Part shown: positions 9,069 through 17,050 of the stretch, in pieces | Layout: each line of letters begins with the position of its first letter | Numbering within the stretch: position 1 is the stretch's first letter | Source: a virus | Lineage: Duplodnaviria; Caudoviricetes | Direction: 5' to 3' (one strand) | Length of the DNA: 24,600 bases | Virus record (IMG/VR): IMGVR_UViG_3300030372_003832 | Coordinates: 1 to 24,600 of that record | The notes under the pieces: model-generated | What the model saw: only the letters and a program-made list of their open reading frames with translations | Told to the model about the DNA's origin: nothing | Databases searched by the model: none | Made by a program: the position numbers and the translations under genes

Positions 9069-9503
9069 ATGGCAAACGGACAATTAAACGGAACAGATTT
9101 AGGGGTTTATATTGGAGGTACTTTAGTTGCTTATTCAACTAATGCAACAATCAATATGAATCACAGCCCACGTTCTACATCAAACAAAGAAAGCTCTGGA
9201 TGGGAGGAGAATATGGAAGGAATGAGAAACTTTGATGTTTCTTGTGATGCTTTATATGCATGGTTAGATCCTGCTGGAAGTGCAATTTCAAATGAAACAT
9301 TAAGCGAAATTTTTACAGGCTATATGCATACAAGAGCAAGTTTCACTATAACTTTTGGTGTAACGAGTTCAGGAACAGGAGACACTAAATACACTGGAAC
9401 AGCTTGGTTAACTTCATTAAGTTTAACAGCTCCTTTAGAAGATACAGCAACATTTTCAGCATCTTTTCAAGGAAGTGGAGCATTAACACAAACTATTGCT
9501 TAA
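9069..9503 (+). CDS. Major tail tube protein
   Basis: NGTDLGVY, TSNKESSGWEE, LTAPLEDTATFSASFQGSGAL, typical of siphovirus tube proteins. Confidence 0.9.
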   Translation: MANGQLNGTDLGVYIGGTLVAYSTNATINMNHSPRSTSNKESSGWEENMEGMRNFDVSCDALYAWLDPAGSAISNETLSEIFTGYMHTRASFTITFGVTSSGTGDTKYTGTAWLTSLSLTAPLEDTATFSASFQGSGALTQTIA

Positions 9504-9517
9504 TAGTTAAATTTTAG

Positions 9518-9588
9518 AGCCAGCCTCCCTGTTTTCTTTTCTGAGTAGGGGGGTTGGTTTCTATTTATTAATTCAGAAAAGATAAAAC
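9518..9588 (+). promoter_or_regulatory. Structured RNA element: hairpin whose loop can pair downstream (pseudoknot candidate)
   Basis: Stem 9518-9531/9546-9559 with G-U pairs; loop TCTTTTCTGA (9535-9544) exactly complementary to TCAGAAAAGA (9573-9582). Confidence 0.6.
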
Positions 9589-9598
9589 TTAGAAAAAA

Positions 9599-9940
9599 AT
9601 GAAATATGAAATTTTAGAAATTGGCGAACATAAATTGCCAGTTAGATTTGGATTCAATGCATTAAGAAAATACAGTTTAAAAACAGGAGCTACAATGAAT
9701 GATTTAAACAAATTAGGCTCAGGAGAATTAACGTTCAATGATGCTTTTTGTTTAATATATTGCGGAATAGAAGATGGACACAGAGCGGCAAAGCAACAAT
9801 TTACATTGAGTTTAGATGATATAACTGATATGTTTGATGGAAACATGAATTGCATGGAAAAAGCTTTTGAGATTTTAGGAAGAGCAATGAGTGATGGAAA
9901 TGAAAAAAAGCCGAAGGCCAAGAGAGCGAAGAAGAGCTAA
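9599..9940 (+). CDS. Tail assembly chaperone (lambda G-like)
   Basis: Between tube and tape measure genes; PVRFGFNAL; slippery site near the 3' end. Confidence 0.85.
   Translation: MKYEILEIGEHKLPVRFGFNALRKYSLKTGATMNDLNKLGSGELTFNDAFCLIYCGIEDGHRAAKQQFTLSLDDITDMFDGNMNCMEKAFEILGRAMSDGNEKKPKAKRAKKS
9904..9910 (+). other. -1 programmed ribosomal frameshift site A-AAA-AAG
   Basis: In-frame X-XXY-YYZ heptamer; -1 frame is open from 9910 into ORF 9982..10257. Confidence 0.85.
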
Positions 9941-10257
9941 CTTGGCCACAAATAGAACAAATTGCATTCGGACAATTAGGAATGAATGTTGATGAATTTT
10001 ATGATATGCTTCCAAGAGAATTTTGGAACAAGATAGAAGGGTTTAGAGAGTTGGAAAACATGAGGCAAAGAAGCGATTGGGAAAGAACAAGATGGAGCAC
10101 CTGTTTATTATTAAACATTCAGCTTCCAAAAAACAAAAGTATTAAGCCAACAGATTTAATTGAATTTGATTGGGAAAAAGGAAAAAAGAAAATAGATTTT
10201 GAAGATTTAAAAAATAAGGCAGAATTATATAAAAAAAAGATAGAATATGGCAAGTAA
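9910..10257 (+). CDS. Tail assembly chaperone C-terminal (T) part, expressed as G-T fusion of about 219 aa from 9599
   Basis: -1 frame reads AEGQESEEELTWPQIEQIAFGQLGMNVDEFYDMLPREF...; EFYDM.P.E motif typical of T domains. Confidence 0.82.
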   Translation, partial: AEGQESEEELTWPQIEQIAFGQLGMNVDEFYDMLPREFWNKIEGFRELENMRQRSDWERTRWSTCLLLNIQLPKNKSIKPTDLIEFDWEKGKKKIDFEDLKNKAELYKKKIEYGK

Positions 10258-12547
10258 AGCAATAGGATTTTTAAATTTCAAATTTGGAGCTGATTTAAAG
10301 CCTTTTGAAAGAGCAATGAATAAAGCTCAAAAGAAACTAAAAAGATTTGGAAAGAGTATACAAAAAACAGGGAAATCTTTAACAACTTCTTTAACTTTGC
10401 CAATTGCCGCTTTAGGGGTTGCATCTGTTAAAGCTTTTGACAAACAACAAAAAGCAATTGCACAGGTTGAGGCTGGTTTAAAATCAACGGCTGGAACTGT
10501 TGGATTTACTTCAAAAGAGTTACAAAAAATGGCTGCTGATTTGCAAAAAACAACTCTGTTTGGAGATGAAGAAATTTTACAAGGTGCAACAGCTCAACTC
10601 TTAACTTTTACAAATATAACAGGAACACAATTTGAGAAAACTCAAAAAATTGCTCTTGATTTAGCAACAAGATTAGATGGAGATTTAAAATCTGCTTCAA
10701 TTATGCTTGGTAAAGCATTAAACGACCCTATTGCTAATCTTAGCGCATTGAGTAGAGCGGGGATTCAATTTTCTGATGACCAAAAATCAGTTGTTAAATC
10801 ATTGGTTGAAACAGGCCAACTTGCAGAAGCTCAAACAATAATTTTAGAAGAATTAGAAAAACAATATGGAGGCTCGGCTGCCGCTGCTGCAGAAGCTGGT
10901 TTGGGGCCTATTCAACAATTAAAAAATCAATTAAGTGATTTGTCGGAACAAATTGGAGAAAGATTATTACCATTTGTAAAACAATTCGTTGATTGGCTTG
11001 TTAAAATGGCTGAAAAATTTGATGGTTTAAGTGAATCTACAAAAGATAATATTGTAAAATGGGGCTTATTACTTGCTGCTTTAGGCCCCACTTTAATAAT
11101 GATTGGAAAAATAGCTACAGGAATATCAGCTTTAATTCCAATCATTAGAGCTTTAACTGTTGCAATTAATTCAAACCCATGGATGTTATTAGTTGCGGCT
11201 ATTGTTGCTGCTGGTTTTGCTCTTGCTGAGTATGCTATGGAAGCTACAGCGTTAGAACAATCACAAAAATCTTTAAATGAAATTCAATTAGACGCTATTG
11301 CAAATGCTAAAAATCAAGAGAGAATTTTATTAAAGCAATTAGAAATTGCAAGAGATGTTACAAAATCTGATGATTTAAGAAAAAAAGCAATTGGAGAATT
11401 AAATAAAACATTAGGAAGTGCAGTAGAACGTTTAAATCTTAAAAATATTGCTGAGGTAAACGTAACAAATGCAATTAATGAACACACCGCTGCAATGATT
11501 AAACAGGCAAAAATTGCTGGTGTTAAAAATTTAATTTCTGAAAACTTTGAAGAAATGACTAAATTGGCTCAAGATGGAACTCGTGCTTTAAAAGGCTTCT
11601 GGACTATATCTGGTCAACTTCAAAGAAAAAAATTAGAGATAGGGGGGCTTATTGATTTAGTTAAAGGAGATAAGAACAGAGCAATGGGTAAACAAATAAC
11701 TGAACAAATAATAAATGGAGCTCAATCAGAATTGCAAAACAATCAGGATTTCTTAGAAAATTTATTAAATGACCTTGTTGGAGATGATGAAAGCCTTATA
11801 GCTCAAACTATAACACCAACTATCACACCATTAGGAGATGGAGATGGAGATGGAGATGATGGAGATGGAAGTAAAGTTGAGAAAAAAGTTAAATCAATTG
11901 AAGCTTTATCTTTAGCAACAAATCAATTAAACACTGAATTTCAAAAGCTGGAAACAATTGATATGGATGGAATTTTTGATGATGGAAGTGTTAGTAGATT
12001 CGTTGAAACATTTGGAATATTAGGAGATGAAATGGCTATATTTTTAGGCACAACGGTTGAGGAATTAGGAGAAGCTATGGATTCAGTAATGGGAAGAATT
12101 GAGGGTAATCTATCAGCTGGAGCAAATTCTTTTGAAGACTATGGCCAAACTATAAAAGCAGTTGCAAAAGAAGAAATTGGAGCTTTAATTTCCACAGGGG
12201 TGGCCGCTGCAGTTTCAAACGCAATGAAAGGAATGGCTTCTTTTCCTGGCTCGGTTTTTTTAATTCCTGTAATTGCTGCCGCTGCTGCTGGTTTAGCAAG
12301 AACAGCTTTTAACAGTTTAATTCCTGCCTTTGCTGAGGGTGGGATGGTTACAGGGCCAACAACTGCATTAATTGGAGAAGGTATTGGAACAAGTGCTTCA
12401 AATCCTGAAGTTGTTGCTCCATTAGACAAATTAAAATCAATGATTGGAGGTGGAACTCAAAACATAGTTGTTGAGGGAAGATTAGCTGGGAATGATATTT
12501 TCCTTTCAAACGCAAGAACAAAATTTAACAGAAATAGAACAGTATAA
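10247..12547 (+). CDS. Tail tape measure protein
   Basis: 766 aa, Ala/Leu/Lys-rich helical, central hydrophobic segment, C-terminal FAEGGMVTGPT...GE...PEVVAPL. Confidence 0.93.
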   Translation: MASKAIGFLNFKFGADLKPFERAMNKAQKKLKRFGKSIQKTGKSLTTSLTLPIAALGVASVKAFDKQQKAIAQVEAGLKSTAGTVGFTSKELQKMAADLQKTTLFGDEEILQGATAQLLTFTNITGTQFEKTQKIALDLATRLDGDLKSASIMLGKALNDPIANLSALSRAGIQFSDDQKSVVKSLVETGQLAEAQTIILEELEKQYGGSAAAAAEAGLGPIQQLKNQLSDLSEQIGERLLPFVKQFVDWLVKMAEKFDGLSESTKDNIVKWGLLLAALGPTLIMIGKIATGISALIPIIRALTVAINSNPWMLLVAAIVAAGFALAEYAMEATALEQSQKSLNEIQLDAIANAKNQERILLKQLEIARDVTKSDDLRKKAIGELNKTLGSAVERLNLKNIAEVNVTNAINEHTAAMIKQAKIAGVKNLISENFEEMTKLAQDGTRALKGFWTISGQLQRKKLEIGGLIDLVKGDKNRAMGKQITEQIINGAQSELQNNQDFLENLLNDLVGDDESLIAQTITPTITPLGDGDGDGDDGDGSKVEKKVKSIEALSLATNQLNTEFQKLETIDMDGIFDDGSVSRFVETFGILGDEMAIFLGTTVEELGEAMDSVMGRIEGNLSAGANSFEDYGQTIKAVAKEEIGALISTGVAAAVSNAMKGMASFPGSVFLIPVIAAAAAGLARTAFNSLIPAFAEGGMVTGPTTALIGEGIGTSASNPEVVAPLDKLKSMIGGGTQNIVVEGRLAGNDIFLSNARTKFNRNRTV
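11834..11869 (+). repeat. GGAGAT hexamer repeat encoding GDGDGDGDDGDG
   Basis: Visible tandem repeat inside the tape measure gene. Confidence 0.8.
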
Positions 12548-14967
12548 TGGCAAGAGCGGCTTATGATTTAAACGAATATGCAACATCAACAATTAAAAGT
12601 TCAAATGGAACAATTTATACGGCTACACTTTGGTGGCCTGGAACAGGAGCTGCTAACACTTGGACTTTAGGGCCTAGCGGTGCTGAAATAAGTTATGAAA
12701 GTGATAAAGTTGATGATAAAAATTCTCCAATAATTACGTCAAGTTTAACTTTTCCTGTAATGGTTGAGGATTTAACAATGCAAAATTTCATCAATGGAAT
12801 AAGAACAAGTTATCAAGAAAAGGATGTTTGGATAACAATTAGAGTTGGAACAACAGGCCAATATATTTGGAGCGGATATTTAATAATGGATTTAGAATCA
12901 AGAGAAGATGTTTCATACCCTTATGAAGCAAAACTAACAGCAATTGATGGCTTAGCAACATTAAAAGAAGTTCCTTTTTTAAGAGAAACAAACAGCTCAA
13001 CATCAGCCGTTCCAACATTCCCTTATGTGAGAGCTGACACATGGGATAATGCTGGATTCCAACAAATCATTGGAAATTCAAGTTCATGGTTAAAAATTTT
13101 ATTAGATAATACTGGCCAATTATTAGCTTCTGATGATACTGGAGGCGAGCTTGAAAATTATACAATTCAAACTTCTTTTAATTGGTGGAATGAACACATG
13201 ACGCCAGCTGAAGGAACAGATCCTTTAGCTCAAATGAAATTATCAATGAGGCCTTTTTATTCTGAGGATGAAAATGGATATATGAATGTTCCAAATTGTT
13301 ATGATGTTTTAAAAGATATTTGTTTGAATTTTGGAATGCGTTTAATTTATTGGAATAATCAATTCCATTTTATTCAAGTAAATGAATATAATACAGATGA
13401 ACAAGAATCAGCTCCTTACAATCCACCAGTTAACATTCCATCAAGAGAATATTTTTATACTGGAACTTTTAGAACAAACAGAGATTATGTTGGCAGACCT
13501 CAATATTCTCTTTATAAAATGGTTTTTGAAAATGCAACAAATGTTGGAGCTGGACTTCAGAAACTAAGTGGAGCAAGTTATCAAGCTTTGCCTGCAATAA
13601 AAAAGACTACTGGAACATATTTAGAAAATGCTGGAACAAATGTTTTTAATGGTTTTCCGTTATTTTTAACTCATAACACAGGAAGTATAACACCAACAAC
13701 TTGGCCAACAAGTGGAGGCTATGTTGAGTATAAACAAACATCCAACACAAATGGAATTGAAAATGTTATGCAAATAACAAACGCAAAAGATTTACAAGGT
13801 TTTGTATGTAAAATATATTGCGATTTTTCAAACACCTCAACATCAGATATTAAAATGGAAACTTTATGGACTATCTTAGCCAAACCATCTTCATCTGCTT
13901 GGGGAGATGCAGACAATATGACTATGTATAAACACCAAGCTGCAACATATGCGGAATTTAGATGGATGTCCGCAGTTGGAGAATATCCATTATCAAACAA
14001 TCAACAATATGTTAGAGAAAACATTTGGATTCCAGCAAATACAGGAACACCAGCTCCAGTAACAATTGAAGTTTTTAATTCAACAACAAACTCAACAACA
14101 AACTCAACATCTAATTTAATTCCAACAGATTCGGCTTTTGATGGAGAATGGGATTTCAAATTTTATACATTTACAGGATTTGACCCTACCGACACAAATC
14201 AAGTAGAGGCACAAGGGGAAACAGCTCTTTATTCTCACGGAAGGATTTTAAGTTTTAGCCCATCAACAGGAGGCCAAACTCATGATGGAAATCCTTTAGT
14301 GTCAACAGCTTCAACACAAACAGGAGATAAAAAAGTTCCTACTTATTACGCTTTTAATTATACAGATACAGTTGATTTAAATATGAATCCACAATATATA
14401 AGTCAATTTGTTCCAATAGCTTCAGGAAGTTCAACTTTTGGAACAGCTTCAACGCAAACAGTTACAACTCAGGATTCATCAGATACTTTTGTTTATGATA
14501 TTGGAGAGCTAAAATATGGAGATGGAACTGGGGCAAATACATTTACAACAATACAAGTATATAATGGCTCAGCTTGGGTTTTTGTTGATGAAGATGGAAA
14601 ATGGGCTCAAGGAATTTACACTTGGAACTCAGGAACATCAACTTTTGATTATTCAACTTTAACTTATGACCAAAAAATCATTGATTTATTAAGTAGAAAT
14701 ATTTTATACAATCAAAGTGAATCAATTTTAACATTAAGCTCAACATCTGCATTAAGTGAAACTGATAAATATTATAGTGGCTCCACAAAATTAAAATATA
14801 TGAATCCATTAGCAAAATTAGAAGATTCGGATGGTAAAAAATATATTTTAATGAGAGGAACTTATAATATGTCAATGGATGAATGGAATTTAAATATGGT
14901 TGAGGTTAAATATGCAGTACCAACAACAGTAATAAAAGGAATTAAATCTGTAAAAAGTCAAGGATGA
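12547..14967 (+). CDS. Putative distal tail/tail-tip protein (806 aa)
   Basis: Follows the tape measure gene (TAATG overlap); WSGYL...LTAIDGLATLK, Thr/Ser/Asn-rich beta composition. Confidence 0.65.
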   Translation: MARAAYDLNEYATSTIKSSNGTIYTATLWWPGTGAANTWTLGPSGAEISYESDKVDDKNSPIITSSLTFPVMVEDLTMQNFINGIRTSYQEKDVWITIRVGTTGQYIWSGYLIMDLESREDVSYPYEAKLTAIDGLATLKEVPFLRETNSSTSAVPTFPYVRADTWDNAGFQQIIGNSSSWLKILLDNTGQLLASDDTGGELENYTIQTSFNWWNEHMTPAEGTDPLAQMKLSMRPFYSEDENGYMNVPNCYDVLKDICLNFGMRLIYWNNQFHFIQVNEYNTDEQESAPYNPPVNIPSREYFYTGTFRTNRDYVGRPQYSLYKMVFENATNVGAGLQKLSGASYQALPAIKKTTGTYLENAGTNVFNGFPLFLTHNTGSITPTTWPTSGGYVEYKQTSNTNGIENVMQITNAKDLQGFVCKIYCDFSNTSTSDIKMETLWTILAKPSSSAWGDADNMTMYKHQAATYAEFRWMSAVGEYPLSNNQQYVRENIWIPANTGTPAPVTIEVFNSTTNSTTNSTSNLIPTDSAFDGEWDFKFYTFTGFDPTDTNQVEAQGETALYSHGRILSFSPSTGGQTHDGNPLVSTASTQTGDKKVPTYYAFNYTDTVDLNMNPQYISQFVPIASGSSTFGTASTQTVTTQDSSDTFVYDIGELKYGDGTGANTFTTIQVYNGSAWVFVDEDGKWAQGIYTWNSGTSTFDYSTLTYDQKIIDLLSRNILYNQSESILTLSSTSALSETDKYYSGSTKLKYMNPLAKLEDSDGKKYILMRGTYNMSMDEWNLNMVEVKYAVPTTVIKGIKSVKSQG

Positions 14968-15758
14968 TAACAAGAGTAAATCCCATAACGCAAATAAATA
15001 ACGAACAAATTTCAAACGCTTTTACTGTTGGACTTTTAACTGCGGATTATGATGATTCAACAGCAATAACTTCAATTGCAGTTACATCAACTTCAATAGC
15101 TTTAAAAGATGGAGATAAGTTTATTATTTCGGGCGTTGAATTTACTGTTGGAGCAGATGCATCAGCTTCAGCAACTTCAATAACTGTTGATTCAATTACA
15201 CCATCAATTCCTTTATTAATTGGAGATAAAATAAAAATTAGTCAAGAAAATTTATTTGTTCAATATCAAAGAAAATCAGAAGGAACAATTGGAGGGATGC
15301 CAGTTACTGGAAGCACGTTTGGCCCTATTAGTTATGCAGAAGGCTCGTACCATATAACAGGGGTTGATCCTTTATACGTTAAAATTCTTCCAAGAGATTT
15401 TGTTATAAATGATGATGGAGGAAATGAGGCTTTAGAATTTAAAGATGGAACTAATACTGGTTTAACAGTTGGAGATGCATCTCAAGAAATGATTGCAACA
15501 GTAAACATTCCTTATGGCACAACGGCAACTCATGTAACAATTTACTCTTCATCAGCTGCCAGAACAGTGGAAATTTATGAAGCAAACATTGCAACTAATG
15601 GAATAGGCTCAGCAATAGGAACAGGAACAGCAAATGGAAGCGCAATAAGTATAACATCAACTGCGGCTTCAACAACAAATTATTTAGTAATATTAGTAAA
15701 AGTAACAGCAACATCTCAAAGAGTATATGGTGGAACAGTTACTTTAACACAAAATTAA
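14964..15758 (+). CDS. Putative tail fibre/receptor-binding or minor tail protein (264 aa)
   Basis: Last gene of the tail block; Thr/Ser/Gly/Ile-rich beta composition. Confidence 0.55.
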   Translation: MITRVNPITQINNEQISNAFTVGLLTADYDDSTAITSIAVTSTSIALKDGDKFIISGVEFTVGADASASATSITVDSITPSIPLLIGDKIKISQENLFVQYQRKSEGTIGGMPVTGSTFGPISYAEGSYHITGVDPLYVKILPRDFVINDDGGNEALEFKDGTNTGLTVGDASQEMIATVNIPYGTTATHVTIYSSSAARTVEIYEANIATNGIGSAIGTGTANGSAISITSTAASTTNYLVILVKVTATSQRVYGGTVTLTQN

Positions 15759-15766
15759 AAGTGAAA

Positions 15767-15916
15767 ATGAAAGATACAACTCAAGTAATATTAGCAAACG
15801 GCGGGGCTTCTGCTTTAACAATGATAGAACAGTGCAATCAAGTATTAACAATGATTTCAATAAGCTTGGCAATCATTTTTACTGTTTACAAATTTTATAA
15901 ATTGTCAAAGAAATAA
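15767..15916 (+). CDS. Putative small holin (49 aa; not in ORF track)
   Basis: MKDTTQVILANGGASALTMIEQCNQVLTMISISLAIIFTVYKFYKLSKK: hydrophobic helix plus basic C-tail, upstream of the endolysin. Confidence 0.6.
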   Translation: MKDTTQVILANGGASALTMIEQCNQVLTMISISLAIIFTVYKFYKLSKK

Positions 15917-15983
15917 ACATAACTAAGTTAAAAACTTTTTAGATATTAGTTTTTTATAATAAAAAAAAATATAATTTTACACT

Positions 15984-16373
15984 ATGAGGCATTTTAAAAT
16001 GAAAGAATTTTTATGCAATTGTTGCAATAAAGAGGAAATGGAAGAAGAATTTTTGGATTTTATTGATGAATTAAGAGAAAGATGTTCTTTCCCATTTAAA
16101 GTAAATTCTGGATTTCGTTGTGAAAACAAACAAAAAGAATTAACAAGATTAGGTTATAAAACAGCAAAGAAAAGAAGTCCACATTTGGATGGGTTGGCTG
16201 CTGATATTCATGTTTCAGATAGCACCAGAAGAGCTTTATTTGTTGGATATGCATTAGAATTAACTCATGAATGGCAACTTCCATTTCGTATTGGAATAGC
16301 TGGAAGAGATAAGGGAAATTTTATTCATATAGATATTGCTCCAAAATCAAATCCAAGAATTTGGATATATTAA
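15984..16373 (+). CDS. Endolysin, peptidase M15A-like
   Basis: HFKMKEFLC.CC, NSGFRC, SPH...AADI, FIHID Zn-ligand motifs. Confidence 0.9.
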   Translation: MRHFKMKEFLCNCCNKEEMEEEFLDFIDELRERCSFPFKVNSGFRCENKQKELTRLGYKTAKKRSPHLDGLAADIHVSDSTRRALFVGYALELTHEWQLPFRIGIAGRDKGNFIHIDIAPKSNPRIWIY

Positions 16374-16375
16374 AA

Positions 16376-16407
16376 ACAGTCAAGAGATAAGGCTGTAATT
16401 TTATCTC
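16376..16407 (+). promoter_or_regulatory. Compact H-type pseudoknot candidate
   Basis: S1 ACAGTC/GGCTGT (16376-81/16391-96); S2 GAGATAA/TTATCTC (16384-90/16401-07). Confidence 0.55.
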
Positions 16408-16428
16408 ACTAATATAAAAATAAATAAA

Positions 16429-16836
16429 ATGAAAAAAGTTTTTTTTACAATAGCTTTAACTTGTGCAACTTTAATTACATCTGCACAATTTACAATAGTT
16501 TCTCAAGTTCAATCTCCAAATGATGGAGAGAGTTGGGAAATCTCCAACTTTACTCAAAATATGGGGGTTGGATATTCTTTAAATAACAAAACAATGATTG
16601 GAGCTGTAAAGGATGGCGAAGATTATAATGTTTTTGCAAGACATAACTTAGGTTTTGGATTCTTATGTTTAGAATCTACAACTGAGGAGATGAGCGAAAA
16701 CATGAATGTTGGATGGGGAATGTATATAAATATCTTTAAAGGTATTGCGGCAACGCCAATGTACATGATTCCATTAAAAGAAGAAGATGGAGGAAGAGAA
16801 GGCAGTTTCTCAATTGGCTTGTCTTATAGTTTATAA
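16429..16836 (+). CDS. Secreted, putative 8-stranded outer-membrane beta-barrel protein
   Basis: Signal peptide MKKVFFTIALTCATLITSA|Q; about 8 amphipathic strands; C-terminal FSIGLSYSL resembling a beta-signal. Confidence 0.65.
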   Translation: MKKVFFTIALTCATLITSAQFTIVSQVQSPNDGESWEISNFTQNMGVGYSLNNKTMIGAVKDGEDYNVFARHNLGFGFLCLESTTEEMSENMNVGWGMYINIFKGIAATPMYMIPLKEEDGGREGSFSIGLSYSL

Positions 16837-16859
16837 TAATAATTTAAAAATAAAATAAA

Positions 16860-17045
16860 ATGAAAAACGCATTAATGACTATTTTAAAATCAAAGAAATT
16901 TTTATATGGTATTTCTGGAATAATAATTCCTTTAATTATGAAAGCTTTTGATTTAGACGCTGAGCTTGCAGATAGAGTATGGCAAACAGCTTGTCTTTTA
17001 ATTGTTGGACAATCTGCGGCTGATTGGTCTAAAAATTCTAAATAA
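16860..17045 (+). CDS. Putative holin-like membrane protein (61 aa)
   Basis: LKSKKF followed by two hydrophobic segments ending GQSAAD; within the lysis block. Confidence 0.6.
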   Translation: MKNALMTILKSKKFLYGISGIIIPLIMKAFDLDAELADRVWQTACLLIVGQSAADWSKNSK

Positions 17046-17050
17046 TAACA

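Noticed and set aside
9982-10257. Independent gene starting at ATG 9982
   Set aside because: Better explained as the -1 frameshift extension of 9599..9940
11834-11869. GGAGAT repeat as a phase-variation tract
   Set aside because: Hexamer unit keeps the frame; consistent with a flexible linker
15929-15957. AAAAACT...AGTTTTT inverted repeat before the endolysin
   Set aside because: Nearly all A/T pairs; expected by chance at this composition
16429-16470. Cys12 as a lipobox (o-spanin)
   Set aside because: ALTC is a poor lipobox and too early; SPase I cleavage at TSA|Q and a barrel-like mature region fit better
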